Origin: Azolla caroliniana
Taxonomy: Eukaryota > Plantae > Polypodiophyta
DNA length: 45,845 bases
Assembly: GCA_043228905.1 (NCBI GenBank)
Contig: JBHGNT010000242.1
Coordinates: 1 to 45,845 of the forward strand
Direction: 5' to 3'
Shown here: positions 23,722-38,000 of the stretch, in pieces
Numbering within the stretch: the stretch's first letter is position 1
Layout of the letters: every line of letters begins with the position of its first letter
Program-made: the position numbers and the translations under genes
The notes under the pieces: generated by a model
Databases searched by the model: none
What the model saw: only the letters and a program-made list of their open reading frames with translations
What the model was told of the DNA's origin: nothing

Positions 23722-24271
23722 GTAGGGATATCGACAAAACGCATAACGCTAAAGGGATTTCATAACTGATTGATTGAGCAGCTGCTCTCAGACCACCCGG
23801 AAAAGAATATTTGTTATTTGACCCATATCCAGCCATTAGAAGACCCAAGGGTACAATACTTGGGATAGCAATCCAAAAAGAAACACCTATATTCGGATTA
23901 GATAGGATTATATGCTGACCAAAGGGTATCACCAAACGAGTTATGAAGACTGGTATGACTACAACAGCTGGTCCGGTTTTGAATAACCAGGGATCACTTC
24001 CAGCCGGGACAATATCTTCCTTTAGAAGAAGCTTAATACCATCTGCCAAGGATTGAATAATCCCCAAGGGACCCGCATATTCCGGTCCGATACGCTGCTG
24101 CACCCCCGCAGACACTTTTCGTTCGAGCCATACGATCACTAAAACCCCTACTGTAACTCCCACGACCAACAAAAGGATAGAGGCTAGAATTCGAATTGAT
24201 TCGAGGGGATTTCTAGCAATATCGAGCAAGTGAACTAATTGTTCCAAATAGGTTTCGAAACTAATTACCGT
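23722..24271 (-). CDS. ndhA: NDH complex subunit 1, exon 1 (ACG start predicted edited)
   Basis: [23 protein letters not shown]...[16 protein letters not shown]; in-frame ACG at 24271. Confidence 0.95.
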
Positions 24272-24272
24272 T

Positions 24273-25451
24273 TCGACGATCGACCTCTCCCATAATAATA
24301 TCTATACTACCTGATATTGTCATAATATCTGCTAACTTCATTCCTTTTATTAATTGGGATAGAATCTGTAGATTTGTAAAACCAGGAGAACGAATCTTCC
24401 ATCTCCAGGGAAAAACACTATCATCTCCAATTGGGAATACACCTAATTCACCTTTTGGAGCCTCCACCCTCACATAATGTTCTTGCTTAGGTAACTTAAT
24501 TGTAGGGGAAGATTTTTTACCAACAAATTGGTAATTGAATTCGTTCCATTTTGCATCTCCCTGTCGCTGACGAAACCGCCGGCCCTCTAAATTTTCGTAC
24601 GGACCTCCCGGAGGTAGTTTCAATGCTTGTTGAATAATCTTAATTGACTCTCTCATTTCGTTGATTCGTACCAAGTAACGAGCCAACGAATCTCCTTCTT
24701 TTTTTGATTGGATTTGCCAATCCAATTTATCATAACATTCATAATTATCAACCTTTCGGAGATCCCACTTAACTCCCGATGCTCGTAACAAAGGTCCTGA
24801 TAAGCCCCAGTTGATAGCCTCTTCCTTACTCACGAAACCTATACCCTCTACTCGTCTCAGAAAAATAGGATTCCTTGTTATTAGTCGCTCATACTCATCA
24901 ATTTTTGGAAGACAATACTTACAGAAGTCGATACATTTGTCTACCCACCCATACGGAAGATCCGCAGCTACTCCCCCAATTCGGAAGTAGTTATGCATCA
25001 TTCGCATACCTGTAGCAGCTTCAAATAAGTCATAAATCATCTCCCTTTCTCGTAATATATAGAAAAAGGGAGTCTGAGCACCGATATCCGCAAGGAAGGG
25101 TCCAAGCCACAGCAAGTGAGAAGCTATTCGGCTTAGTTCAAGCATTATCACACGTATATAACTAGCCCTTTCAGGTACTCGGATATTTGCCAATCTTTCC
25201 GGTGCGTTGACAGTCACTGCCTCCGTAAACATGGTTGCTAGGTAATCCCACCTCGTGACGTAAGGAAGGTATTGTACAATTGTTCGGTTCTCGGCGATCT
25301 TTTCCATTCCCCTATGCAAATATCCCAGTACTGGTTCGCAATCAACAACATTTTCTCCATCCAGAGTGACAATAAGCCGAAGAACACCATGCATCGATGG
25401 GTGGTGAGGACCCATACTTATAGTAACTGGATCCACTTTTTTGAGAGACAT
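24273..25451 (-). CDS. ndhH: NDH complex subunit H (stop predicted created by CGA>UGA at 24273-24275; genomic frame runs to 24261)
   Basis: [15 protein letters not shown]...[10 protein letters not shown] conserved C-terminus followed by CGA. Confidence 0.97.
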
Positions 25452-25562
25452 ATTCGTAAATTTATTCCTTCTCAGTAGATGTCACAAAATGTAGTTTCCA
25501 TAAAAAAAAAGACTTCTTCTGTAGTAATGCGTGTTATACAATAGGAAATTTTATGGACTTTT

Positions 25563-25832
25563 TTATTGTCGTTCCTTCAATCTCCGAATATTCATATTTT
25601 TCAGAACTTTCTTATATGAAACGGGATCTCGATTCGATAGATAGATAAGAAGACGTTTCCGCTTGCCCAGCACCCTCCATAAACCTCTTTGGGATGAATA
25701 ATCTTTGGGATGTAGTTCTAGATGAGATGTTAGTATCGAGACTCGATAAGTCAGATTGCTAATTTGGATGTTGGCAGATCCTGTATCTACTTCACTTACT
25801 AACAGCGAATCAGTTGATTTTTTTTTATTCAT
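25563..25832 (-). CDS. rps15: Ribosomal protein S15
   Basis: DTGS..IQI..LT.RV..LTSHLELHPKDYSSQRGL...GKRKRLL.YL. Confidence 0.97.
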   Translation of the reverse strand: MNKKKSTDSLLVSEVDTGSANIQISNLTYRVSILTSHLELHPKDYSSQRGLWRVLGKRKRLLIYLSNRDPVSYKKVLKNMNIRRLKERQ

Positions 25833-25973
25833 TTTTATTCTAATTGCCTCTTATGCTTCGATTTCTTAGGATTTTTTGGCTAGGTACAGATCCATTACTC
25901 ATATTGATTGAGGAATGGTTTTTTTTTTTTAGGGCTCAGCCATTCAAGACGAATCCATTCATATGTCGAATAC

Positions 25974-26011
25974 TTGGTTGAGATTACCGAAACTTCGGTA
26001 ATCTCAACCAA
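25974..26011. terminator. Perfect 18-bp inverted repeat between ycf1 3' end and rps15
   Basis: TTGGTTGAGATTACCGAA-AC-TTCGGTAATCTCAACCAA. Confidence 0.75.
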
Positions 26012-26075
26012 ATAAATGATCGAATTGGTGTTGATGTCTATATTTACCGATCATCTGTTTCTGTTCATGTCGATT

Positions 26076-29000
26076 CTAAAAGGCGATCGGATACATCCGT
26101 AACTTGAGCGTGGTAAAACAACTTCCGTTACTAATATTGAGACAAAATCTACCTATACAGGCTAGTTCTTCCAGACGGTAACTTGGCCATAGAAAACGCT
26201 TCATTATACGAATATCGCTTGGGTAATGTGTTTCACTTTCGCAAGATTGCTCCACCCCAGTAAGTAAATCTGAAAAGTGTTCCTCTAATTCTAATCCAGG
26301 CGTTTTCATATCTACAACGGATTGGAGGAATCGCAATTCTCGACGACGTCCCGAAAGTAGAACATCCTCAACGTTATAGGAACTATACTGTTCTTCTAAT
26401 TCCTTTAAGTTTTTTGATTTTTCCGTCGCTGTGAGAGATAGAGCTGAGGTAGGTTCACTATCCATTTCATTATTCACTGGTTTCTTAAACCGATTTTTGA
26501 ATTTATCGTTTAATTTCCGTAAAAGGTTAATCGTTCTGTAAATTAAAATATGATCCTTAGAGATCGGTACTAGACGATGAGCACAATAAAAACACAAATT
26601 TTCTGCTATATTACGTCTATTTTTATCGAAAAACAAACTTAATAGGTCTGAATTTATGCCTGTGTTAGAACGAAACGCAATGAGATCTTGATCATTTTCC
26701 AATACATCAACAAGAACCATGAAATTCCTCAAGTCTTCTAATTTTCCTTCCAACGCTTTGGATTTCCACTTCCACCGAGATAGATAATTGAGACTCTCTC
26801 TCTTTTTTAATGTTATATCGTATTTCTGTTTCAATATACCTTTAAAGCTATCATCTAATTCTAAATTCTTAGACGTCAAGTCTAAATCATTAGGTGTTAA
26901 GTCTAACTCATTAGGTGTTAAGTCTAACTCATTAGGTGTTAAGTCTAAATTGTTTGATTTTAATTCTAAATTATTAGGTGTTAAGTCTAAATTGTTTGAT
27001 TTTAATTCTAAATTATTAGGTGTTAAGTCTAAATTATTTGACGTCTTTTTTTCGGTATCCTCTTTCTTTGTACTTGAAAAACTAAGATTAGATTCTATTG
27101 TTTTTAGAAAAAAATTGTTAAATTCCATAGGATCTGGAACTATCCATAACTTCAAATCAAAAATGGAATTTATCTTTATTTCTGATTCGTTATTTTTTTG
27201 TTGATAAAATTTTTCTGCATACGCTATTTCATTAAGATAACCAATATCCTCAACATCAGGAATATCCTCAACATCAGGAATATCCTCAACATCAGGAATA
27301 TCCTCAATATCAGGAATATCCTCAATATCAGGAATATCCTCAATATCAGGAATATCTTCAATATCCTCAATTCCAGGAAATTTATCAATTCCAGAAATAT
27401 CAAGAATTTCTGGAATTATTTGAATTCGACCAATTCCACGAAATTCATCAATTCCATCAAAAGGATCGATTTCCTTAATTTCATCATATGCAGGAATTGC
27501 CTCAAAAACATCATCAAATCCAGCAAGCTCATCCAACCCATCAAATATATCATATAACCCATCGATTAAAAGCTTGGACTCAATAGTTTGCTTTAGGGAA
27601 TCCTGTTGTGTAGCAAATTGCTGCGTATGCCCATCTCGCAGAAAATCGGTAAAACTATTTAACAAATAAATATACTTGAAACGTTTATTATAATTGTTAA
27701 TCCGGTCCTTCAGTAAGGGATTTTTTGCGTAAATGGAATAGCTTTGTGATTCTTCTTCCCCTAAGGGTTGATTCTTTTTATTTAGAATCTCCGTTTCGGT
27801 ATTTTTGAACGTATCAGAATTACATAAATTGAGTTTCCATTTTTTTGGTACTATACTATCCCAAACTTCTAGTGGTAAATTATATCTGTAAAAAGAATCT
27901 ATCCAATTCTTCCAATTATGGGCATCCAAGGCAGATTTTTTTTTGGAGAATCCCCAACCCTCTACGGATTCTATTATGCTTTCGTTGATAAAACCTGATA
28001 CGAAATATTCATCTGCTGGGGTGATATCAACAGAATTTTTGTAGTCCAAACCTTCCATAGATGGATAAAACAATTCTGGATTTTTTTTCAGATACCTGGT
28101 GCCTTTCTTTTTCGCCGCGGGAGCATAACTATCTGGACTATTACTCAATAGAAGATTCAAATATGAATTTCCATCTATACTCGTGTTCCACAAACTCTCA
28201 TAAATATAAGCCTGAGATATTGATTCAAACTTGTTGAGCCGCGATAAAAATTCTTTGGTCCCGGGAACGGATGATCCTGAATGTTCTGCTTCCCTGTAAT
28301 CCTCAATAGTGTTACTTTTCGCTCTTACCAGCTGCCTTTGTAATGCAACAAGTTCATTAAGATAGTAAACAAGAGTTCGTTCGGTTACTCGACAGAATAT
28401 TGAGGCTACTCCAAAAAACTGTTCAGTTACTTCCGCTAGCGATAGGCGTAATTGGAGACCAATTCCTCTAAAACTTGCAATGTCTTTTCTTCGTATTCCC
28501 GAAGGAATAACAAGAAAATTGTGCCTGTTATTGGGTTTGTCACAGATTCGTGACTCATTAATATCGATAACTGGTTGAATTTTCTTGTTGGTGCGAAAAG
28601 ATGTCCTATCTGATCCACCAACACTCGACTTGGGTTCTATCAAATTTTGATGCTCAATTGTAAATGTATCTCTATCAATCTTTTTGGTTTTTTTAGAACT
28701 AGAGTTATTTCTGGGAACTACTCCAGTTTGACGCACTGAGTCAACATATTCACCAGATTTTGGAATAAACAAAAGAGAAAGTTTCGTATATAAACTAAAC
28801 AACTGCCGGGTTCGCCGCGTAATATTATTCCGCCAAATCCGAAAAAGTTCCTTCCTAATGGGTTTCCAGAAAGAAGATTGTTTTTTTATTTTTCCGAAAG
28901 GGGCCTCTACTTGGAATCCCCAAGCCGTTAAATAGCTAAACCGGGGTCTTCCTTGCAAAAAGTGATCAACATTCTTTGATAATCGATCTCGGACGGGTTT

Positions 29001-31502
29001 CAAACTCTTCTCTCTACCAATAATCGATTGCTTCTTCTTGTCACAAGTGTGCCAAGGCTTCAACTCAAACGGATATAATATTTTTATTTGCAATCCCTCT
29101 TTCAACCAGCGACCGGGAAACCTAATTTGCGAATATTCTTCGCCGTCGTAAGTACAATTAATGTAAGTCTCTCTATTCCATTCCATCCAATCTATATCCC
29201 ATTCGGAGTCTTGACGTAACAAGCTACGTACAAGATTCTTACAAATTATTGCTAAGGGGATTCTAAAGTATTTTCGAAGAATTGCCTGGAAGACTAGTAA
29301 CAAACCCCTTCCACTGTGAATAGGGCCTATATCCATTCTGGCAGCAATCATTGAACGAGCATTGTTCTGGGATTCCATTAATGCTTTTGTATTTGAAAAA
29401 TTTCTTGATTTTTGTTTATTCTCAAGGGCTGTTGTTCTTTCCAGATCGATCAAAGCCTTCTCAGAATCTGAACTAAACGAATTTACCCGTGCAGGTAGCT
29501 TGGGTAGGTTAGGCACTTCCATAAATCTTAAGAAAAAAGGTGAGTGTACTTTATCCTCGAAAAATCTCCAAAGCGGTATCTTACGCCTTTTCGACCGCAA
29601 GGCTCCCTTTACAATTCTACGACGGAAGTCGGGTACTCTTGCAAATCGTTTCACTATCTTTGTTGTTTTGCGTTTCGTCTTCCCAACATTAATTCCCAGA
29701 TTTCTCAATTTTCTATAACGAACGTCACTTTCCATCCCGGGAAGGTCATACTTACTTTCGAATATTGCTTTAGTATAATGAAGCAACACTTTTTCTAGAT
29801 CCTCGATCTCGTGGATGGAACCGACCTCGTGTCTCAGATCTCGAAAGTATCTCTCTCGATTAACTGAAAGAATATTTGATAGATTTATTTGATTAAAGCT
29901 ATGATAATTTTCGTGGAGGTATATAAAAAAGAGGGCTCGTTCCGCAGCATCTAAATCAAATATGTCTTCCCAAATGACATCAATTCTGGGTGAAGTTTCT
30001 ATTTCGTTGACGATGTCTGGTATATTAGACTGTGATAAAAATCGTCCATTGGCCATGAAATGAAACAAACGCTGAGTTCTTTTTGGTAGCTCTTCCCACG
30101 GAAGGGCGACTTTCTTCCAATATTTCGATTGTGAGTATTTGCCCGAGATCCAATCCTCAAACCGCTCGTCCGTATCCATATCGCTCTCTATAGTTACTAT
30201 GGAATCTACCCCATCTAATGATTCTGTCTTTTTCTGGGTCACGGGATTCAACTCATCCACAGCCATAAAAGTCTGTGGAGTTCCGATTGTTATACGAGAG
30301 AACTTAGCCAGGAAAGGATCATAAACGTTGGGTAGTCTCGTACTACTCTCTGCAATAGTCAATCTAGCTTCTTTCTCCATTGCATTCCAAAAGGTAGACC
30401 CAGCATCTAACAAATCGATTCGGTCCTTTAATTCTTTATCTAAAGACTCAGCTCTTGCTAACTCCTCGAAAATCCAATCTTGGTGTGGGATAGAAGGAGA
30501 TACCGAAATACTGTAGTTTTCGTTTTCTAAATAATTTTCCATTTATTCTTCAAGAATTGACGAACCTGGCAACGATGCGAAGCATAATCTCTGCTTTCCA
30601 TCAGTCAAACAATTACCAAAATAGTAATTAGATACTTTTGTCTTGACAAGACTACTACCGTTGACTCTACTAATCCTCTTGAATCTTGTAGGCTGATTTG
30701 ATCTGGAGGGATCGAAAAAAGAAGCAGGCCATGGTTTGAAAATCCACCAGATTATGTCCGTATATTCTATTTTCTGAAATTCCAAGTCTTTTTCAATAAA
30801 TTCGTTTTTGTATTTTTTCGTGCAGAAGGGTACTGGTGCTCTACCCAAGTAGGATATTAGCTGAACGGCAGCAATAATACTAAAAGTTGCTTGAATAGCG
30901 CGTTTTACCAATAGATAAACCATTGGCGAATCTCTCTCTATCCGAACAATGAATAGTCGAGATAAGGAACTAAATATTATGTGACCCAATAGCCAACCCA
31001 TCAAACTGCTAATTAGAAAAATACCGTTGTTACTCCGACGAAACAGAAGAAGATGAATCAGTCTCGCTAGTACAGGGCTTGGTAATAATATTGGATTCAA
31101 AATCTGAAAAAGAAAGCTATTCAAAAATATACGAACCATTCGTGGATCACGCAATGAGGTAGCGGGACGTAAGTCCTGAGAATTTTGTAAATCTTTTATT
31201 TGAAACCAAAAGAAAAAAAAGTATGGCACTACTACAATAGTAAGTAGGTGTGGTTTGGAGAATAATATATATAGGGGTGAACAATATATCGATAGAATAA
31301 TTAATAGCTGTCCGATCATTGATCCACTCAAGGCGACAATACCGCAAAGATTCCCCCCAGTAACCAAAGCTCTTACACATAGAATTTGGGAAAATCCAAC
31401 AGGTAATGTTGTGAGTAAACCATAATAGAGACCGAATAGTACGTAGGGACCCGTTGTGTTGATACAAATCAATGCCAAAACTTGAAATATATATAAAATC
31501 GT
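26076..31502 (-). CDS. ycf1: Ycf1/Tic214 (ACG start at 31502 and internal TAA 30543-30545 predicted edited)
   Basis: N-terminal FGLYYGLLTTLP..., hydrophobic helices, C-terminal KRFLWPSYRLEELAC..RF....NGS.F..LKLRMYP. The 311-aa and 1488-aa ORFs abut in frame. Confidence 0.95.
26853..27041 (-). repeat. In-frame 21-bp tandem array (9 heptapeptides) in ycf1
   Basis: SNNLDLT PNNLELK SNNLDLT PNNLELK SNNLDLT PNELDLT PNELDLT PNDLDLT SKNLELD. Confidence 0.95.
27243..27350 (-). repeat. In-frame 18-bp tandem array (6 units) in ycf1
   Basis: AATATCCTCAA(C/T)ATCAGG x6 on the plus strand, encoding 3x PDIEDI then 3x PDVEDI. Confidence 0.96.
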
Positions 31503-31625
31503 TGTAGTATTCTTTATTTTTTTTTCTATTACTCTTATTCTCCTTTCTGTGACTTCTTCTCAAACCTCGCTCTTTTTTTTAGATTGCCCATTTTTTTAGC
31601 TCGAATCAGTTTTATTACTATCTAC

Positions 31626-31655
31626 ATTATACATACAAACATTAAAAAATTCCAA
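31626..31655 (-). promoter_or_regulatory. Candidate ycf1 promoter
   Basis: On the minus strand TTGGAA, 18-nt spacer, TATAAT; AT-rich context makes a chance match possible. Confidence 0.35.
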
Positions 31656-31702
31656 CTGATTTTTTTGATAGACATAGAGCAATTAATTCGATACCAAATA
31701 TC

Positions 31703-31793
31703 TAAAGTAAAGTGTCTAAAAGACTTATTCTTAATCATAATTTAAGAAGATGAAATAGAATAATCAATCATATGACTAAGACACTTTACTTTA
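31703..31793. repeat. 15-bp inverted repeat with 61-nt spacer downstream of chlN
   Basis: TAAAGTAAAGTGTCT (31703-31717) / AGACACTTTACTTTA (31779-31793). Confidence 0.8.
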
Positions 31794-31879
31794 TAGTCTG
31801 CACGAATATCTCCATAACGATTAGTAAAGAAGAAATAGAGTTCGTCTATCTTGATATAGAATAAACGGAAAGTTTATGA

Positions 31880-34181
<2,302 letters not shown>

Positions 34182-34428
34182 TTCGCAAAGCTCCAATTCA
34201 TTTTGATACCTGCCGACTACTCCTCACGCTCCCCATTACTACCCTACCATAATCCAAACATACACTTCTATTAGGATAATCCCGTGGCTATTCTACTATG
34301 CTTCTCGGAGGGTGGGGAATAGAAACTCTTGATTGGTCATTGATACGTACGAATCATGGGGAGGGGGACAACCAACCACGATCGGCCATGGCTGGAGTCG
34401 ATCGCGCGACGCGAGCCCCCCCACGATT

Positions 34429-34474
34429 CGGGAGCTCCATCCACTATCCAACGGGAGCTCCATCCACTATCCAA
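34429..34474. repeat. 2 x 23 bp tandem duplication (IR copy)
   Basis: Mirror of 11799-11844. Confidence 0.95.
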
Positions 34475-34584
34475 ATGGGATTGCTATAGCCGTCGCTTCC
34501 TCCTATAATAGGAGTTGGGGTGTACGCGAATTCCATAGAAAAAAAGGGTCTTTGGTTGTCTGTGAGGCAAAAATCCCTACTTTT

Positions 34585-34656
34585 TCCTCGGTAGCTCAGT
34601 GGTAGAGCGGTCGGCTGTTAACCGATTGGTCGTAGGTTCGAGTCCTATCCGGGGAG
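34585..34656 (+). tRNA. trnN-GUU: tRNA-Asn(GUU), IR copy
   Basis: Mirror of 11617-11688. Confidence 0.97.
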
Positions 34657-35090
34657 ATTCATACCTCTTCGGTGGAATGAAAGAGTTTCAGACGGTGGAG
34701 GTTTTGACGTCTTCTCCGGCAAGAGAACTCGATTCACGCGAGAATAAATAAGGGGGAGGTACACCCCATAATGTTATGAAAATTGATCAATATCTACATC
34801 AAGAATTCCCCGGGTCTGAGTAGGATACCCAAAACTTCCCTGTGGGATGGGTCGCTTGCCACACCCACTACAGAACGAATAAATTGACAATTTTCTTATT
34901 CTTTATACTCGTTTTGTATAACGGAAAGACTTATATAGGGAATGATCTAAAATTTTCAATCATTTTAGATCATAATGTTGTTCTATCAGTAAAAAGAAGA
35001 GATAGATCTTCCTCTTACTGATTCGACCTTTGGATACTCCTGCATTGCTAGAGACCTAGACTGAATGAAGAGTATCTAAGGTTTTTTATA

Positions 35091-38000
35091 TCATATTGGA
35101 CTTTCATGAAAAGATTGTTTCGTTGTTCTATCCAATGACGTCTCACAAAATTGGAACGGATCGAATAGATATTGATAAGTTTCAAGCAACATATTATAGA
35201 TAAGGAAATCCTTGAATGGAGAGCGGTTCCGTTTCCATCTACTTCTATGAACCAGAAGCCTGAAACGAGTGAATCGCTCCTGCAAGTCTTCTATTACAAT
35301 GTTTTGATACAAGTGAATGGGAACAAATGTCTGTGGATATTGCGGATGTATATGCATAAACTAAGTTTCTTTGACGTATTCGGAATGTCGCTCCTCATCC
35401 GGAGGGGAGTTATTGCACCGCTTGACAGATGATTCAGTCATCGATTTCGGATCATACCCACGATAGATAAAAAAATTCAGAATTTTTTTGTTTGAGAGAT
35501 GTTTTTCGCGCTCCCTTCTCATACCGTAAGTGACATAAAGCCTACGCACCAGTTCTTGCTTCGCCAACAAACAACGATGTGGGGAAGGAATATTAGGATC
35601 CGGCTGGAACAGAAGCGTGGGATCCCAGACAAAGCGCCCCCCCAAGAATCGAGTCGGTTCATCGGATCGATTCCATTGTGTTTCATATTGATTGGACGAG
35701 TCGGAGATTCCCAATTCCAAAAATTGCTCACGTAACGAGAGATTATCCAATCGGTCTTCCAGTTTTTTAATATATCTTTGTCTCAACCTACCTAAAGCTC
35801 TCTCATAACCGAAAAGATATCCTTTTTTATCATACGATCTATTTTCACTATACTTAATCCTATTCAATTCGAAATCCCGTTGGGGTATTTTATTCTGACT
35901 TTGGTAAAGGAGGATTATATTATACAAATTATTGAATTCGGATAATACTCTTATCGATTCGTAAGTACCACTTCGCATGAAACTGAGGCGCCAAGCCTTG
36001 GGGGACCAGGCAATTTCACGCGATACTTCCATCGGAATTGAGTCGATTTCGAGTGACTGTTTCATTCGGAGGGTTAAGCTATTAAACACCCCTATTCTCG
36101 TAGATTTGGAGGAACAACCTGCATAGGTTATATCCGAACAGTAACTGGGTTCAGTAGAAAAAGGAAAGGAAAGACTTTGATTGGATTGATTTCTGCTTCT
36201 ACAGATTTCTGAACATGGGAAATCTTTCGAGAGGTTTTCTAGAACGCCACAAGCTAGGTTAAAACCATTCTCTACAACTTTATCAAGAATAATGCAATTT
36301 TCTTTCTTTCCCATATCCGTTTCGAACGAATCGCGGGCCGCTAATCCAGCTAGTAGCCCTGGGATATGCGAAAACAGAGTGAATTCCTTAATTGTTGATT
36401 CGGTTATTGGGGGTTCCACGTACCAGTTAGACAAATAGTAAAATCGCCTCTTTGATGCATTACTACCACTAGATAGAATATTTGTGGGATAAGTATCTAT
36501 CAAACTATTTTTGAGAATAGTTTCTACTATACTGTGAGAATGAATATTATATTCAGAACTAGATTCTGTTTCATTGCCTATACAAGTAACAATTGAATGT
36601 TGTCTATGTGAAGCTAATCCAATGACATCACTACATAAAACCTTTTTTCTTCTCGAAGTACCAATTAATAACGCTTCATTAGCAGAAAGGAATGAATCTC
36701 GTTTGCTATAACCCGTAGTTCCAGACCCAGTACCTTCAAGAAGAGGCGAATTAGCTTCTATTTCGAAGCCTTTGATACGTAGGAGGATTGACAATCCTTT
36801 CTGACGTTGACACCTGTTGGACCTTCGGAAATTTATCAATTGGTTTGGCCGGTTCGGAGCTATCGGAGCTGGATCCACCCTTGCTGGTACATGAGTCGAA
36901 GCAATAAGAAGAATATTCTTACGAATGCGAGAGTTACTGCGCTCATTACCAATATTACTCAGTATCAGGCAAAGCAAAAACCTGGGATTAGCTTCTAGTC
37001 TGTGATACGAACGATGAATATTCAATTCATGAATATCTTGAATCCATATTGTGCAGGGAGACACCTCTCTCGCTATTCCAAAAACGAGACCCAATCGGCG
37101 TACGCTCTCTCTCGAGATGAAACTTCCATGTACATTTCTGAGATATGATCGATTGTATAGCAACTTTCTTATTGGTAGCCTCACCAACGGAAAGTAGGAA
37201 TTGGATGCTATATCCCTAATGACGGAAGATCGTCCAGTTTCTATGGGTCCTACTAACGGAGTTCCCTCAGATGGTAATAATCCTGATTGGAGTGAGATAG
37301 GTATGTCATGACATGGCATACCTAGAACGCCTCTCCGTCTCGTCGTTGCTGAAAATAGAAGATTTCTTTCGAGGGCGAAAAGAGCCCACTTCTCCGCAGG
37401 ATCTAACCTACGGATCTTGTAACTCAATAGATCGTTTTGACAGAATTGAGGTAGGTATGCCAAAACATCAGATCTTTCTTGTGGAGAAGGTTCATAATCG
37501 ATCCGACTACTCGAGAAATTAGAATTGGAATTCGATTTCGACTGATACTTGGAAATAGTATTATTCGTTACTAAATAGTGCGTTAATAGTTCTTTCTTAC
37601 TATTAAGGATATCGGAGCTTTCCCTACAAAGTATCCACAAATCTAGTTCGTTTTTGACGAAGGAGAAAAAGAATATATTATTTATGTAATTCGAGAATCT
37701 CTTCAAATAATGGATTAGTACATCTCTCGTTTGCATTTGCCTTGTTGAAGGGGAAGAAATTCCCTTCTCTGAATAGGATCCACGCATTGGGTCTATTAAA
37801 TATCCAATAGTATTGAAACGTTTCCATGAATGAAGGGAGTTAGAGCCCGAAACGGCAGATAAAAGATACTTGGATAATGCAAGAACGTATAATACTGAAA
37901 GAACGAAGTAAGATAAGATAAGCTTATTGGAAAATTGAGAAACTAACCACCTTGAATGTGACATCTTCGTTTCATTAGGAAATTCCTTGAAAAGGATAAG

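Noticed and set aside
26788-27557. Plus-strand ORFs with LGVKSN and NIRNIL repeats; CRISPR-like look of the arrays
   Set aside because: They are antisense shadows of the ycf1 in-frame repeats. There are no unique spacers and no cas genes.
31147-31563. 138-aa ORF overlapping the ycf1 5' end
   Set aside because: Alternative frame with a TTG start and no homology; the conserved Ycf1 frame explains the region.
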